DNA of 64,000 nucleotides from Anaerolineae bacterium (GCA_044228875.1 JBGAUA010000002.1:5397-69396); one strand, 5' to 3'; counted from the stretch's first letter, positions 42,661 to 51,764 are shown. The notes: a model not told the origin generated them from the sequence alone. Made by a program: numbers and translations.

Positions 42661-44196
42661 CTAGCGGATGGCGTTCGTGTCCGGAAGGCGGCATTCGCAG
42701 GCTTCCCGCCGGGCCCCATCGCTCCGCTGCATGCCGCCGTCGTAGGCCGTGGGCGAGCCCCAAGCGGTCCATCCGCCCATGGAGAACGGGGAATCGCCGG
42801 CGGCGGCCAGCCACTCGCCGTCATGGAGCCGGGCGATGTGCAGATGGGTGGCGGTGGACACGCCGCCCTCGCAGCTGGGATGCCCCATCCGGTCGCCGAC
42901 GCGCAGCCGGCTGCCCGGCGCGACACGGCCTTCGGCGGCAAGGTGCAGGTACATGACCACCGGCCCCGTCTCGCGCAGCCCGTCGCTGTCCAGGTCGAGG
43001 AAGAGCTGGCCCGTCTCGCCCTCCAGCGCCATCCCATCGGCTACCGCCGTCACCCAGGCCGACGACGCATAGCAACCTCCGGCCACCTCGTCCGGTACGA
43101 AATCCAGGGCGGCCCAGGCGCTGCCATCGGCCCAACCGCCGTGCGGGCCGCCGGTCATCCACCAGGTCTCGCCGGCCGGCCAGGGAAGCGCGAGGGGAGG
43201 GAATGCGAGGCTCGTCGCCGCCGGCGCCATCCGGATGCCGGCCCAGGCATCCCCGAAGAGACTGTCGTAGGCGGCCTTGAACGCCGCCTGCGCCTCCGGC
43301 AGTTCGGCCTCGGTGGACAGGAGGCCGATCGCGCGGTCCACCGCGAAGCTGCCGGCGTTCAGGCCCTCCGGCGCCCCCAGCCGCAGCCCGTCCTTGAGGG
43401 TCATGACGCGGTTGTTGCGCGTGCGCAGATCGTAGTAGCCGCCGTTCAAGCGGTCGGCCAACCAGCTGAGCTGCCGCCACAGCCCGGCGCGGGCGCTGTC
43501 CTCCATCCCCGCGGGATAGCCGTCGAGGGTAGCGCGCGGCTGCCGGCCGCTGACCTGGCCGCTCCGGGCCTCCACGAAGGCCAGGAGCACCCGTGGGCCT
43601 ACAGAGAACTGCCGGCTGATGCGCTCTACCATCGCCGCCCCGTCCATGGTCAGGCCGTCCACCGTTTCCGAGTAGGACAAGAGGGGGCTGCCCTGGGCGG
43701 ACAGGAAGCCGCGCAGGTCGAAGCCCACGGTTGTCGGGCCGCGCACCAGCTCGCTGTCGGGGAGCATCGGCGTGGCCGGGCCGTCACGCTCCGGCGCCAG
43801 CTGGATGTAAATGACCTGTCCCACCTGAAGGCTGTCCGGGTCGGTGAGGCCGTTGAGGTCCATCATGGCTTCCGGTGACAGGCCGTGTCGGGCGGCGATG
43901 CCGCTCAAGGTGTCGCCCGAGGCCACCGTGTAGGAGATCAGGGCGTCGGCGCTGTCCGCCAGGCGCTCGAGAATCACGGGCGTGGCGACCGCTGACCGAC
44001 CCTCCTGGGACAGACGGTGCAGGGCCAGGCGCAGGCCGGCGACGCCGGCAGTCAGGGCCATCGCCAGGGCAACCACCCCCAGCCAGGACCATCCCGCGCC
44101 GACCCGCTGAGGGGCCCGGTTCCGGCGGGTGGGCCGCGGGGAGATGGGCGGGGCGTCGGTCGGCCCCGGCGTGGACGGCGGAAGCGGATCGTTCAT
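42661..44196 (-). CDS. membrane-anchored LysM + M23 family metallopeptidase
   Basis: The start is taken at ATG 44196 (MNDPLPP...), because the upstream in-frame extension has poor GC3. TM WLGVVALAMALTAGVAGL, LysM YTVASGDTLSGIAARHGL..., and M23 motifs VMYLHLAAE and THLHIARL. Confidence 0.85.
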   Translation of the reverse strand: MNDPLPPSTPGPTDAPPISPRPTRRNRAPQRVGAGWSWLGVVALAMALTAGVAGLRLALHRLSQEGRSAVATPVILERLADSADALISYTVASGDTLSGIAARHGLSPEAMMDLNGLTDPDSLQVGQVIYIQLAPERDGPATPMLPDSELVRGPTTVGFDLRGFLSAQGSPLLSYSETVDGLTMDGAAMVERISRQFSVGPRVLLAFVEARSGQVSGRQPRATLDGYPAGMEDSARAGLWRQLSWLADRLNGGYYDLRTRNNRVMTLKDGLRLGAPEGLNAGSFAVDRAIGLLSTEAELPEAQAAFKAAYDSLFGDAWAGIRMAPAATSLAFPPLALPWPAGETWWMTGGPHGGWADGSAWAALDFVPDEVAGGCYASSAWVTAVADGMALEGETGQLFLDLDSDGLRETGPVVMYLHLAAEGRVAPGSRLRVGDRMGHPSCEGGVSTATHLHIARLHDGEWLAAAGDSPFSMGGWTAWGSPTAYDGGMQRSDGARREACECRLPDTNAIR

Positions 44197-44359
44197 GGCG
44201 AGCTCGGGCGGCGGGGTGGCGATGCTGACAGGGGTCGGTCGATGGGTCGAGCCCGATGGCGCGGGAGCGGGGTGCCGGCGGGCAATTGTAGACGAGGGCC
44301 GGCGTGTCGGGACGAATCGACGGCGGCGAGCACGCGTGTCGTCACGAGTTCTGGGCCAG

Positions 44360-44380
44360 TTGTCCACAGACTTGTGCACA
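44360..44380 (+). other. two tandem DnaA-box-like 9-mers
   Basis: TTGTCCACA (44360-44368) and TTGTGCACA (44372-44380), 3 nt apart, in the M23/pentapeptide divergent intergenic region. Confidence 0.25.
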
Positions 44381-44600
44381 ACCAGGGGTCGCGGTGTCCG
44401 GACGGGAGGCACCACAAGCGGTGGTAGGGACGCGGCCGACGCTCCGCCGACCTCGATCACGACGGCTTGCGGCGCGCCGGAGGCTCGTGGTAAGGTCTAG
44501 CAGTCGCTGGCCACCTGATCGCTTGGAGACGGACCCGACGTTGTTCGTTTGGCGGCCGCTGGCCCGTAGCGGTGGCTCGATCGAGTTGAGGACCCCCATC

Positions 44601-45863
44601 ATGACCGCAATGACCGCCACCATGCTTGGTCCTATCTCCGTACCGTTCGGCTCCGGTCGCGCCTGCGGGACGCTCGCGGCGCGCCTGGCGGTTGTGGCGC
44701 CTCGGGATCGAGCGGCAACCTTGGTAGAGGCGGTCCTGGACGGGGAGACCCTGCGACTTGCCGGCGCCGATCTGCGCGGTCTGGACCTCAGCCCTTGGCA
44801 GAAGGGTGCCGCGACCCTGGTGCTCGACGGTGCGGACTTCACCGGGGCTACGCTCAGCGGAGCCAACTTCGGCGGCGCCAGCCTCCGAGGGGCCTGCCTG
44901 GACGGCGCGCTCCTGGTGGGCGCTCGGCTTCAGGGCGTGGACCTGCGCGGCGCCAGCCTGCGCGGCGCGCACCTCACGGGCACGGACCTGAGCCGGTCGG
45001 ATATCAGCGAGGCCGACTTCCGGGGCGCGTCGCTGTTGAACGCCGACCTGACCTTGGCCACCGCCAGCGGGGCCGTCTTCAGCGAAGCGCTGCTGCAGTC
45101 GACGGTGTTCGACGGCGCGGTGCTGCGCACCGCCGACCTGCGCTGGGCCCATCTGGTCAATGCCCGCTTGATCGGCGCGGATCTGTCCGGAGCGCGCTTC
45201 GAGGGCGCGGTGCTGTCGCTGGCGCGCCTGGATCGCGCGCAGATCTCGCCGTCGACGGACTTCAGCTACGCCTTTCTCTACCAGGCCTGCTTGGGTGATC
45301 TGCCCCTGCGCCGTGCCCATCTGAAGGGCGGCGTGGGCGAGGCCGTCAGCGACCTGGCCCTGGCGCGGGACGCCTACCGCGGCCTCAAGCACCATTTCGC
45401 CCAGCGCGGCCGCTCGGCCGACGCCCGATGGGCCCATGTCATGCAGCAGCGGATGGCGACGGCGACCCATCGACCGGATCGCGCGGCTCGCTACCACCGC
45501 CCCTCCTGGCCGCTCTGGTTCCAGCTGCGGCACGGCCTGCGCTGGGTCATGGGCGGTGTCGCCGAGCTGCTGACCGGCTATGGCATCTCCTTCGCCCGTG
45601 CCATGGGTACCCTCGCCGCCACCTGGCTTGTCTTTGCCTGGATGTTCAGCCTGTCGGGCGCGGTGATCAATGCGCGGGGCGCCGCGGTGCGGCCGGTCGA
45701 TCTGCTGCTCTTCTCGGCCGCCCAGCTGACGCCCATCGACGCCTATCCCTTGGCCACCACCACCAGGGCGGGGCTCGTGGCCTCGGCCGTTGAGAGCATG
45801 ATGGGTATCTGCCTGCTGGGTGCGCTGGGGCACATGCTAGCCCTTCGACTGAACTCCGACTGA
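44601..45863 (+). CDS. pentapeptide-repeat protein with C-terminal two-TM pore-like domain
   Basis: ATG 44601 (MTAMTATML...). About 40 consecutive A(D/N)LxX pentapeptides (ADFTGATLSGANFGGASLRGACLDGALLVGARLQGVDLRG...), followed by TM-loop-TM (AATWLVFAWMFSL ... MMGICLLGALGHMLAL). Confidence 0.8.
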   Translation: MTAMTATMLGPISVPFGSGRACGTLAARLAVVAPRDRAATLVEAVLDGETLRLAGADLRGLDLSPWQKGAATLVLDGADFTGATLSGANFGGASLRGACLDGALLVGARLQGVDLRGASLRGAHLTGTDLSRSDISEADFRGASLLNADLTLATASGAVFSEALLQSTVFDGAVLRTADLRWAHLVNARLIGADLSGARFEGAVLSLARLDRAQISPSTDFSYAFLYQACLGDLPLRRAHLKGGVGEAVSDLALARDAYRGLKHHFAQRGRSADARWAHVMQQRMATATHRPDRAARYHRPSWPLWFQLRHGLRWVMGGVAELLTGYGISFARAMGTLAATWLVFAWMFSLSGAVINARGAAVRPVDLLLFSAAQLTPIDAYPLATTTRAGLVASAVESMMGICLLGALGHMLALRLNSD

Positions 45864-47020
45864 TGGGCGAGAGACGGGGACGGCGCGCGGGCAGAGCAGG
45901 GCAGGGCGGCAATCTCGATGCCCCGGGCATCCTGCTCCCGTCCCCGCCGCCCGACTGGCGCGATCTGGCCTATGCCGCGGGACCGCCGCTGGCCACCGGT
46001 CGCCTGCGAACCTCGCCCGAGGACTTCCGGGTGGTGGAGGATCTGGGCTTCGCGCCCAGCGGCGATGGCGACCATGTCCTGCTGCGCCTGCGCAAGCGCG
46101 GGGCCAACACGGACTGGGTGGCCCGTCAGGTGGCTGCGGCGGCGGGCGTGTCCCCGGGCCGAGTCAGCTTCGCCGGCCTCAAGGACCGGCACGCGGTCAC
46201 GGAGCAGACCTTCTCCATCCTCCTGCCCGGCAAGGGGATGCCGGACTGGTCGGCCCTGGAGTCGTCTGATCTCCAGGTGCTGGAGGCGGTCCGCAACCGG
46301 CGCATGATCCGGCGCGGAGGGCTGAAGGGCAACCGATTCATCCTGGTGGTGCGAGATCTTGCGGCCGTGGGAGGCGCCGCGCCGCCGCGGGCGGCCATGG
46401 ATGCGCGTCTGGAAACCCTGCGCGTGGTCGGGGTGCCCAACTACTTTGGCCCGCAGCGTTTCGGCCTGGGGGGCGGTAACTTGTCGCGGGCCCTGGCCAT
46501 CTTCGGCGGCGCCACCGAGAGCCGCTCCTACAAGCGCGGCCTCTACGTTTCCGCGGCACGCAGCTACCTGTTCAACCGCGTGCTCTCCGCACGCGTGGCG
46601 GCTGGAAGCTGGAACCGCGCGCTGCCGGGCGAGGCCGTGGCCCTGGAAGGCACGCGCAGCTTTTTCGTGGCCGAGGTGGTCGATGAGGCCATCTCGCGAC
46701 GGCTGCAGGCCATGGACATCCACCCCACGGGCCCGCTATGGGGCCTGGGTGAGAGCCCGGCGCAGGATGAGGCCCTGCGCGCTGAGCGCGACGCGCTGGC
46801 GGACCTCGGTGAATGGCGAGCAGGGCTCGAGGCCTACGGTGCTCGTGCCAACCGCCGCGCCCTGCGGGTGACGTTGCGCGACCTTGACTGGCGCTGGCTT
46901 GACGACGGCAGCCTGGAGCTGGCCTTTGGCCTGCCGCCCGGCGCCTACGCCACCTCCGCCCTGCGGGAGCTGCTGGACGGGGGCGAGGAGCCGGAGGACG
47001 AGGGAGAGGCGGAGGAATAG
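45863..47020 (+). CDS. truD: tRNA pseudouridine(13) synthase TruD
   Basis: PEDFRVVEDLGF...GDHVLLRLRKRGANT...VSFAGLKDRHAVTEQ (catalytic Asp context), GVPNYFGPQRFG and LPPGAYATSALREL. The ATG shares one nt with the upstream TGA. Confidence 0.9.
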   Translation: MGERRGRRAGRAGQGGNLDAPGILLPSPPPDWRDLAYAAGPPLATGRLRTSPEDFRVVEDLGFAPSGDGDHVLLRLRKRGANTDWVARQVAAAAGVSPGRVSFAGLKDRHAVTEQTFSILLPGKGMPDWSALESSDLQVLEAVRNRRMIRRGGLKGNRFILVVRDLAAVGGAAPPRAAMDARLETLRVVGVPNYFGPQRFGLGGGNLSRALAIFGGATESRSYKRGLYVSAARSYLFNRVLSARVAAGSWNRALPGEAVALEGTRSFFVAEVVDEAISRRLQAMDIHPTGPLWGLGESPAQDEALRAERDALADLGEWRAGLEAYGARANRRALRVTLRDLDWRWLDDGSLELAFGLPPGAYATSALRELLDGGEEPEDEGEAEE

Positions 47021-47021
47021 G

Positions 47022-47744
47022 CTAGAAGCCGCGCTTCCTGGCGATGCCCACCCGGCCACCGTACAGCTCTGTAAAGCGCCCGTACGCCGGATGCGGTCGC
47101 AGCAGCAGGTCCCAGACCCTCCGCATCTGCAGCGTCTCCAGCTGTTCTTCCGTCCGGCCGGGGAATCGGGCCAAGGCGTCCGGAACATCCGACAAGCGAA
47201 ACGTCAGGTCGTCCAGTACCATGTAGCCGCCCGGGCGAAGCAGCCGATCGGCCAGGAAGAAGGCGCCGGCATCGGGGTCCCATTCATGGGCTCCGTCGAT
47301 CAAACACAGATCGAAGCACCGCTCGATACGACCGGTCTCGTGGGCGTCGGAGATCATCTTCCCCAGCCGCCAGATGTAGCCCGAGGGATCTACCACAACC
47401 TCCAGGTGATCCGGTGAGATCCTGCAATGCTCGGCCAGGGCGCGAACATTGACCGGTTCATGCGCCGCCCGGTCGACCGTGGTCACCCGTCCGCGCCCCT
47501 GATTCTGGAACTCGGTGGCGATGACGCAGGCGGTGGCGCCGAAGCCTGTTCCCAACTCCAGGACGCGCAGCAGGCGCTTGCGACGGATCAGCCGCAGCAG
47601 AGCGATGATGACGGGTTCGGGGAGCTGAAAAAGCCCCCCCCCCCAGCCTTCCGGAATCGGAAACGAGCGCACCGTTTCCAGCGTCAGGTCACCGATGGCG
47701 TCCGAGTCCGGCGACAGCAGGCTGACGAGGCGGCGAAGGAACAT
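47022..47744 (-). CDS. class I SAM-dependent methyltransferase (Methyltransf_24/O-MT-like)
   Basis: LELGTGFGATACVIA SAM-binding motif. 240 aa. It contains the G11 tract (codons W-G-G-G). Confidence 0.75.
   Translation of the reverse strand: MFLRRLVSLLSPDSDAIGDLTLETVRSFPIPEGWGGGLFQLPEPVIIALLRLIRRKRLLRVLELGTGFGATACVIATEFQNQGRGRVTTVDRAAHEPVNVRALAEHCRISPDHLEVVVDPSGYIWRLGKMISDAHETGRIERCFDLCLIDGAHEWDPDAGAFFLADRLLRPGGYMVLDDLTFRLSDVPDALARFPGRTEEQLETLQMRRVWDLLLRPHPAYGRFTELYGGRVGIARKRGF
47634..47644. repeat. 11-nt C/G homopolymer inside the methyltransferase coding sequence
   Basis: + strand CCCCCCCCCCC. On the coding strand it reads tgg ggg ggg ggg followed by cttttt. It is the longest homopolymer I saw in the window. 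Confidence 0.95.
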
Positions 47745-49521
47745 GGATGGCTCCCAAGGTGCGGCCGAGACGACCTTTCGTCAATGGTACCACGGCGTCC
47801 CACCCCTCCACCCGCAACCCGTCCTGTTCCCATGTCCGTCCACGCCGCCAACCCCGCGTCACCAGGGACCGCGCAAGGGCATCGGCCTGCCCGGGCTCCG
47901 GACGGTCGATGATGAACCAGAGGCGGGGAGCCGGGCGCACAGCCGCCAGGAAGGCTGCGAGGTCCTCATCCGGCGAACGGTCGACGGGCGCTCGGCCGAC
48001 CATCGCGATGACCGGCGTCTGACCGGGTTTCGGGGGCGGCAGCAGACCCGGATCCAGGCTGTAGTAGTCGAAGGCCGGGGCCGCCGCGTGGGTCAGGTAG
48101 AGCGGCTCGTCCGGCCGGCGCTGGCGGCCCAACCAGGTGAGCGCCGCGCGCAGCGGCTCGCGCGGCACCGCCAGCGCGTCGCTGGCCCTGTCGCGCTGGG
48201 GCCAGAGGAGGCAGAAGGCCAGGAGGGTCGCCGCCACCGCCCCCCGGCCCAGGCCAGGTGCCGCGCGGTCCAGACCGGCCAGGCCCGCCGCCAGGCTGAC
48301 CAGGAGCCCGGGGGCCAGGAAGAGAGACCAGCGGTTGCCCAGAGGGTAGAGCCCGGCGATGTCCGCGGTGTAGACCAGAGCTAGACTGGTTGCGACGAGC
48401 ATGACCAGCCTCCGCCCCGCCCCGCGCGAGGCCAGGTCGGGTTCCGCCGTGGTCGCCGGCCGACCCAGGAGGTCGCGCCACAGCAGCGTCGCGCCCCAGA
48501 GGGCCAACAGGCCCAACCCGCCCGCCACCGGCAAGGCCGCGCCGCCGCCGAAGGGCGTGAGAAGGAACACCAGGACCTCTCGCCACAGACGGTCGGCCAG
48601 GTAGTCCAGTTCTTTGACCAGGCCTGTCCCGAAGAGGCGCCGCTGGTTGTGCGGCGTCGTCAGGCGCTCACCCAGGCCCAGGCCGAAAAGGAGCGTCGCC
48701 GTCGTCGCGCAAACCAGGAGATGGCCGGCGAGGGGGCGACGGACAACAGGGCCGATCTCCGGGGACAGTGGTCGGGAGGCGCAGCGCCTCCACCACCACA
48801 GCCCCGCCGCCTGCGCCGCCACCAGGAAGGCCAACCCATAATGCCAGGTCAGTGCGGCGGCCGACAGGCCGCTCAGGCGTCGCCAGTCCGCGGGCCGACC
48901 GCGCCGCAGCACGCCCTCCCCTGCGATCCAGAGGGCGACAGCCATGGTGGCCATGCCGCTGTACTGGTTCAGCTCCTGGCCGTAATGCACCAGCACCGGC
49001 GCCGCGGCGGCCAGGGCCGCGGCGATACGGCCCGTGTCCCGTCCCCAGCGCCGCGCCGTGGCGGCGCCCAGCAGAACCACCAGGGCGGCGCCTGCAAGTG
49101 CCGCCGGCGCCCTGAGCCAGGCCTCCTGTTGCCCCAGGGCCAGCCAGGGCTTGAGCAGAAAGGCCATCAGCGGCGGGTCCTGGTCGATGCCGCGGCCCGT
49201 CAGCAGGAGAGGCCAGCGCAGGCCGGCTCGCTGCCATTCGAGCGCCTCGTCATGCCAGAGGCTGGGCGCCCCCGCCCGCCAGAGCCGCGCGGCCAGGGCG
49301 AAGGCGGCCGCGCCGGCCAGCGTCAGGAAAAAGCCCTGGTGGCCGGAAGCCGGAGGCCGGGGCGCGCCCGTGGTCCCCTCAGCCGAACTGGATGCCCTGC
49401 GCCAGGGGCATGTCGCGGGAATGGTTGATGGTGTTCGTCTGGCGCCGCATGTAGACCTTCCAGCTGTCGGACCCCGACTCGCGACCCCCGCCCGTTTCCT
49501 TCTCGCCGCCAAAGGCCCCAC
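47689..49521 (-). CDS. GT-C fold membrane glycosyltransferase (ArnT/PMT_2-like), start unresolved
   Basis: Polytopic, with first-loop motif LWHDEALEWQRAG. The ORF overlaps the ALDH 3-prime end by 143 nt and the methyltransferase start by 56 nt. There is no ATG/GTG/TTG between 49378 and the first TM. Confidence 0.6.
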   Translation of the reverse strand: MGPLAARRKRAGVASRGPTAGRSTCGARRTPSTIPATCPWRRASSSAEGTTGAPRPPASGHQGFFLTLAGAAAFALAARLWRAGAPSLWHDEALEWQRAGLRWPLLLTGRGIDQDPPLMAFLLKPWLALGQQEAWLRAPAALAGAALVVLLGAATARRWGRDTGRIAAALAAAAPVLVHYGQELNQYSGMATMAVALWIAGEGVLRRGRPADWRRLSGLSAAALTWHYGLAFLVAAQAAGLWWWRRCASRPLSPEIGPVVRRPLAGHLLVCATTATLLFGLGLGERLTTPHNQRRLFGTGLVKELDYLADRLWREVLVFLLTPFGGGAALPVAGGLGLLALWGATLLWRDLLGRPATTAEPDLASRGAGRRLVMLVATSLALVYTADIAGLYPLGNRWSLFLAPGLLVSLAAGLAGLDRAAPGLGRGAVAATLLAFCLLWPQRDRASDALAVPREPLRAALTWLGRQRRPDEPLYLTHAAAPAFDYYSLDPGLLPPPKPGQTPVIAMVGRAPVDRSPDEDLAAFLAAVRPAPRLWFIIDRPEPGQADALARSLVTRGWRRGRTWEQDGLRVEGWDAVVPLTKGRLGRTLGAIHVPSPPRQPAVAGLGRHR

Positions 49522-50899
49522 CGATCTCCGCGCCGGAGGTGCCGATGTTGACGTTGGCGATACCGCAGTCCGAGCCGGCGGCCGACAAGAACTGCTCCGC
49601 TTCCAGGAGATCGCGGGTGAAGATGGCGCTGGACAGCCCCTGCGGAACGCCGTTCTGCAAGGCGATGGCCGCTTCCATCGTGTCGTAGGTCAGCAGGTAG
49701 AGGATGGGGGCGAAGGTCTCTTCGCAGACCATCGGGGTCTGCTGCGGCATGCGGACGATCGACGGCTCGACGAAGTTGGGGCCCAGGTCCGGGCGGCGAG
49801 CGCCGCCCGTCAGCACCGTGCCCCCCTGGGCCGTGGCCGTGGACAGCGCCCGTTCCATGTCCTCCACCGCCCGGCCGTTGACCAGCGGGCCCATCAGGAT
49901 GCCCGGCGCGAGCGGGTCGCCGATGGGCACCTGGCGGTAGGCGGCCACCAGCCTCTCGGCCAGCGCGTCGGCCACCGACTCGTGCACGATCAGGCGCCGC
50001 GTGGTCGTGCAGCGCTGGCCCGCCGTGCCCACCGCACCAAAGAGGATCCCGCGCACGGCCAGGTCCAGGTCTGCCTCCGGCGTGACGATGATGGCGTTGT
50101 TGCCGCCCAGCTCCAACAGGCTGCGGGCCAGGCGATCGGCCACCGTGCTGGCCACGTGCCGGCCGACACGCACGGAGCCGGTGAAGCTGATCAGCGGCAG
50201 CCGCCGGTCGGAGAGCATCGGGTCGCCCACCTGGCCGCGCTCGCCGACCACCAGGTTGAAGAGACCCGAGAGGCTGTGATCGGCCATCACCTGGTTGCAG
50301 AGATGCTGCACCGCCAAGGCGCAGAGCGGTGTCGAGGACGAAGGCTTCCAAACCATCGTGTCGCCGCAGACGGCGGCGAGGGCGGCGTTCCAGGACCAGA
50401 CCGCCACCGGAAAGTTGAAGGCCGAGATGATCCCGATGGGGCCGAGCGGATGCCATTGCTCGTACATGCGATGGCCGGGCCGCTCCGAATGCATGGACAG
50501 GCCGTAGAGCTGGCGGGAGAGGCCCACCGCGAAGTCGCAGATGTCGATCATCTCCTGGACCTCGCCCAGGCCCTCGGCGCGGATCTTGCCCATCTCCAGG
50601 CTGACGAGTTCGCCCAGGGGTTCGGCCGCAGCGCGCAGCACCTCGCCCAGATCCCGGATCACCAGTCCCCGCCTGGGGGCCGGGAGCAGGCGCCAGGTCT
50701 GGAAGGCCGCGTCGGCTGCCTGGGCCACCCGCTCATAGGTGGCGCGGGTCGCCTGGGCCACCGTGGCGATGGGCTCGCCGGTCGCGGGGTTGTAGGAGAC
50801 CAGCGCCGTGCCGGCCGGATCCTCGATCCAGCCGTCGGGACCGAGGCAGGCACCAGGGTTGTGTTCCGCCAGGCCGAGCCTGGCAAGGAGGGTGTTCAT
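49379..50899 (-). CDS. aldehyde dehydrogenase, ALDH7 (alpha-aminoadipic semialdehyde / piperideine-6-carboxylate dehydrogenase) type
   Basis: GEVQEMIDICDFAVGLSRQ, LELGGNNA, FGAVGTAGQRCTTTRRL (catalytic Cys) and the C-terminus LAQGIQFG. Confidence 0.88.
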   Translation of the reverse strand: MNTLLARLGLAEHNPGACLGPDGWIEDPAGTALVSYNPATGEPIATVAQATRATYERVAQAADAAFQTWRLLPAPRRGLVIRDLGEVLRAAAEPLGELVSLEMGKIRAEGLGEVQEMIDICDFAVGLSRQLYGLSMHSERPGHRMYEQWHPLGPIGIISAFNFPVAVWSWNAALAAVCGDTMVWKPSSSTPLCALAVQHLCNQVMADHSLSGLFNLVVGERGQVGDPMLSDRRLPLISFTGSVRVGRHVASTVADRLARSLLELGGNNAIIVTPEADLDLAVRGILFGAVGTAGQRCTTTRRLIVHESVADALAERLVAAYRQVPIGDPLAPGILMGPLVNGRAVEDMERALSTATAQGGTVLTGGARRPDLGPNFVEPSIVRMPQQTPMVCEETFAPILYLLTYDTMEAAIALQNGVPQGLSSAIFTRDLLEAEQFLSAAGSDCGIANVNIGTSGAEIGGAFGGEKETGGGRESGSDSWKVYMRRQTNTINHSRDMPLAQGIQFG

Positions 50900-50935
50900 C
50901 GGCGGGGGCTCCTTCTGATCCGTGATGGAACGGGC

Positions 50936-50944
50936 ATTCTAGCA
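50936..50944 (-). promoter_or_regulatory. extended -10 promoter element upstream of the ALDH gene
   Basis: The minus strand reads TGcTAGAAT, about 37 nt upstream of ATG 50899, with GAAGGAG in between. No good -35 element. Confidence 0.4.
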
Positions 50945-51114
50945 CGCGGCCAGGGCGCCGAAGTGGCCCGGCGGGACGCTCTTGCAACGCCCGCCCACTA
51001 TGCTGCGGGCACGAAGGGATGGCTGTCCATTCCTGCACCCGACCCTGAACGAACCCTCGCTGAACGGATCCCTGCAACCTCTCCATCCGCCATGAACCTA
51101 GGAGACCCGCGTCC

Positions 51115-51711
51115 ATGAACGCCCGATCGGTGGTCGACACCGCGCATGTCCGCAGTGCCTTGCGTCAACTGGCGCGCCATTACAGCCCCGCTCGCAATCC
51201 CCTGGCCGATCTGGTCTGCGTGAGGCTGTCTGTGCGCCGCAGCGGCTTCGAGCCTACGCTTGAGGCCCGGGAATTCGCGTTGGGTCGCATGTTGAGCGAG
51301 ACCGTGACCGGCGAGCTCGAGCGCCTGCGCCGGCAGACCGGTGCAGGCAGCGTCGGGTCACCGCGGGATCTGCGCCACTGGCCGATCGTCGCGCGCATTC
51401 GCGCCGACTTCGAGAAGGACCATCCAGAACTGGAGGCATGGAGCAGTGTCTACCACCTCTATCTGCGCCCGGACCTGAACCTCGGCCTCATCGACCTGAC
51501 GGAGATCGTGCCCGGGCGCTGTCGGCGCACGGTGCAGCGTCGCCTTCAGCGGGGCATCCAAGCGCTGGCGGACCGGCTGCTCGTCGCCGAACATGAGGCG
51601 CGCCAGCATCCCGCGGCCGCGGACTGGTCCTTGCTCGCCCGCTGGGAGCAACCTTCCCGGGGCGGGGGCGAGATGCTGGCGGTGGCTGAGGAACGGCTTG
51701 GTGCCGGTTGA
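51115..51711 (+). CDS. hypothetical protein with sigma-70 region-4-like HTH
   Basis: 198 aa. The segment LGLIDLTEIVPGRCRRTVQRRLQRGIQALADRL resembles a region 4.2 HTH. No region 2 is recognisable. Confidence 0.5.
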   Translation: MNARSVVDTAHVRSALRQLARHYSPARNPLADLVCVRLSVRRSGFEPTLEAREFALGRMLSETVTGELERLRRQTGAGSVGSPRDLRHWPIVARIRADFEKDHPELEAWSSVYHLYLRPDLNLGLIDLTEIVPGRCRRTVQRRLQRGIQALADRLLVAEHEARQHPAAADWSLLARWEQPSRGGGEMLAVAEERLGAG

Positions 51712-51764
51712 ACCCAGGGCCCGCGCCGGGGAGCGCGACGCGGCGCCAGCTCCCGACGGCGTGG

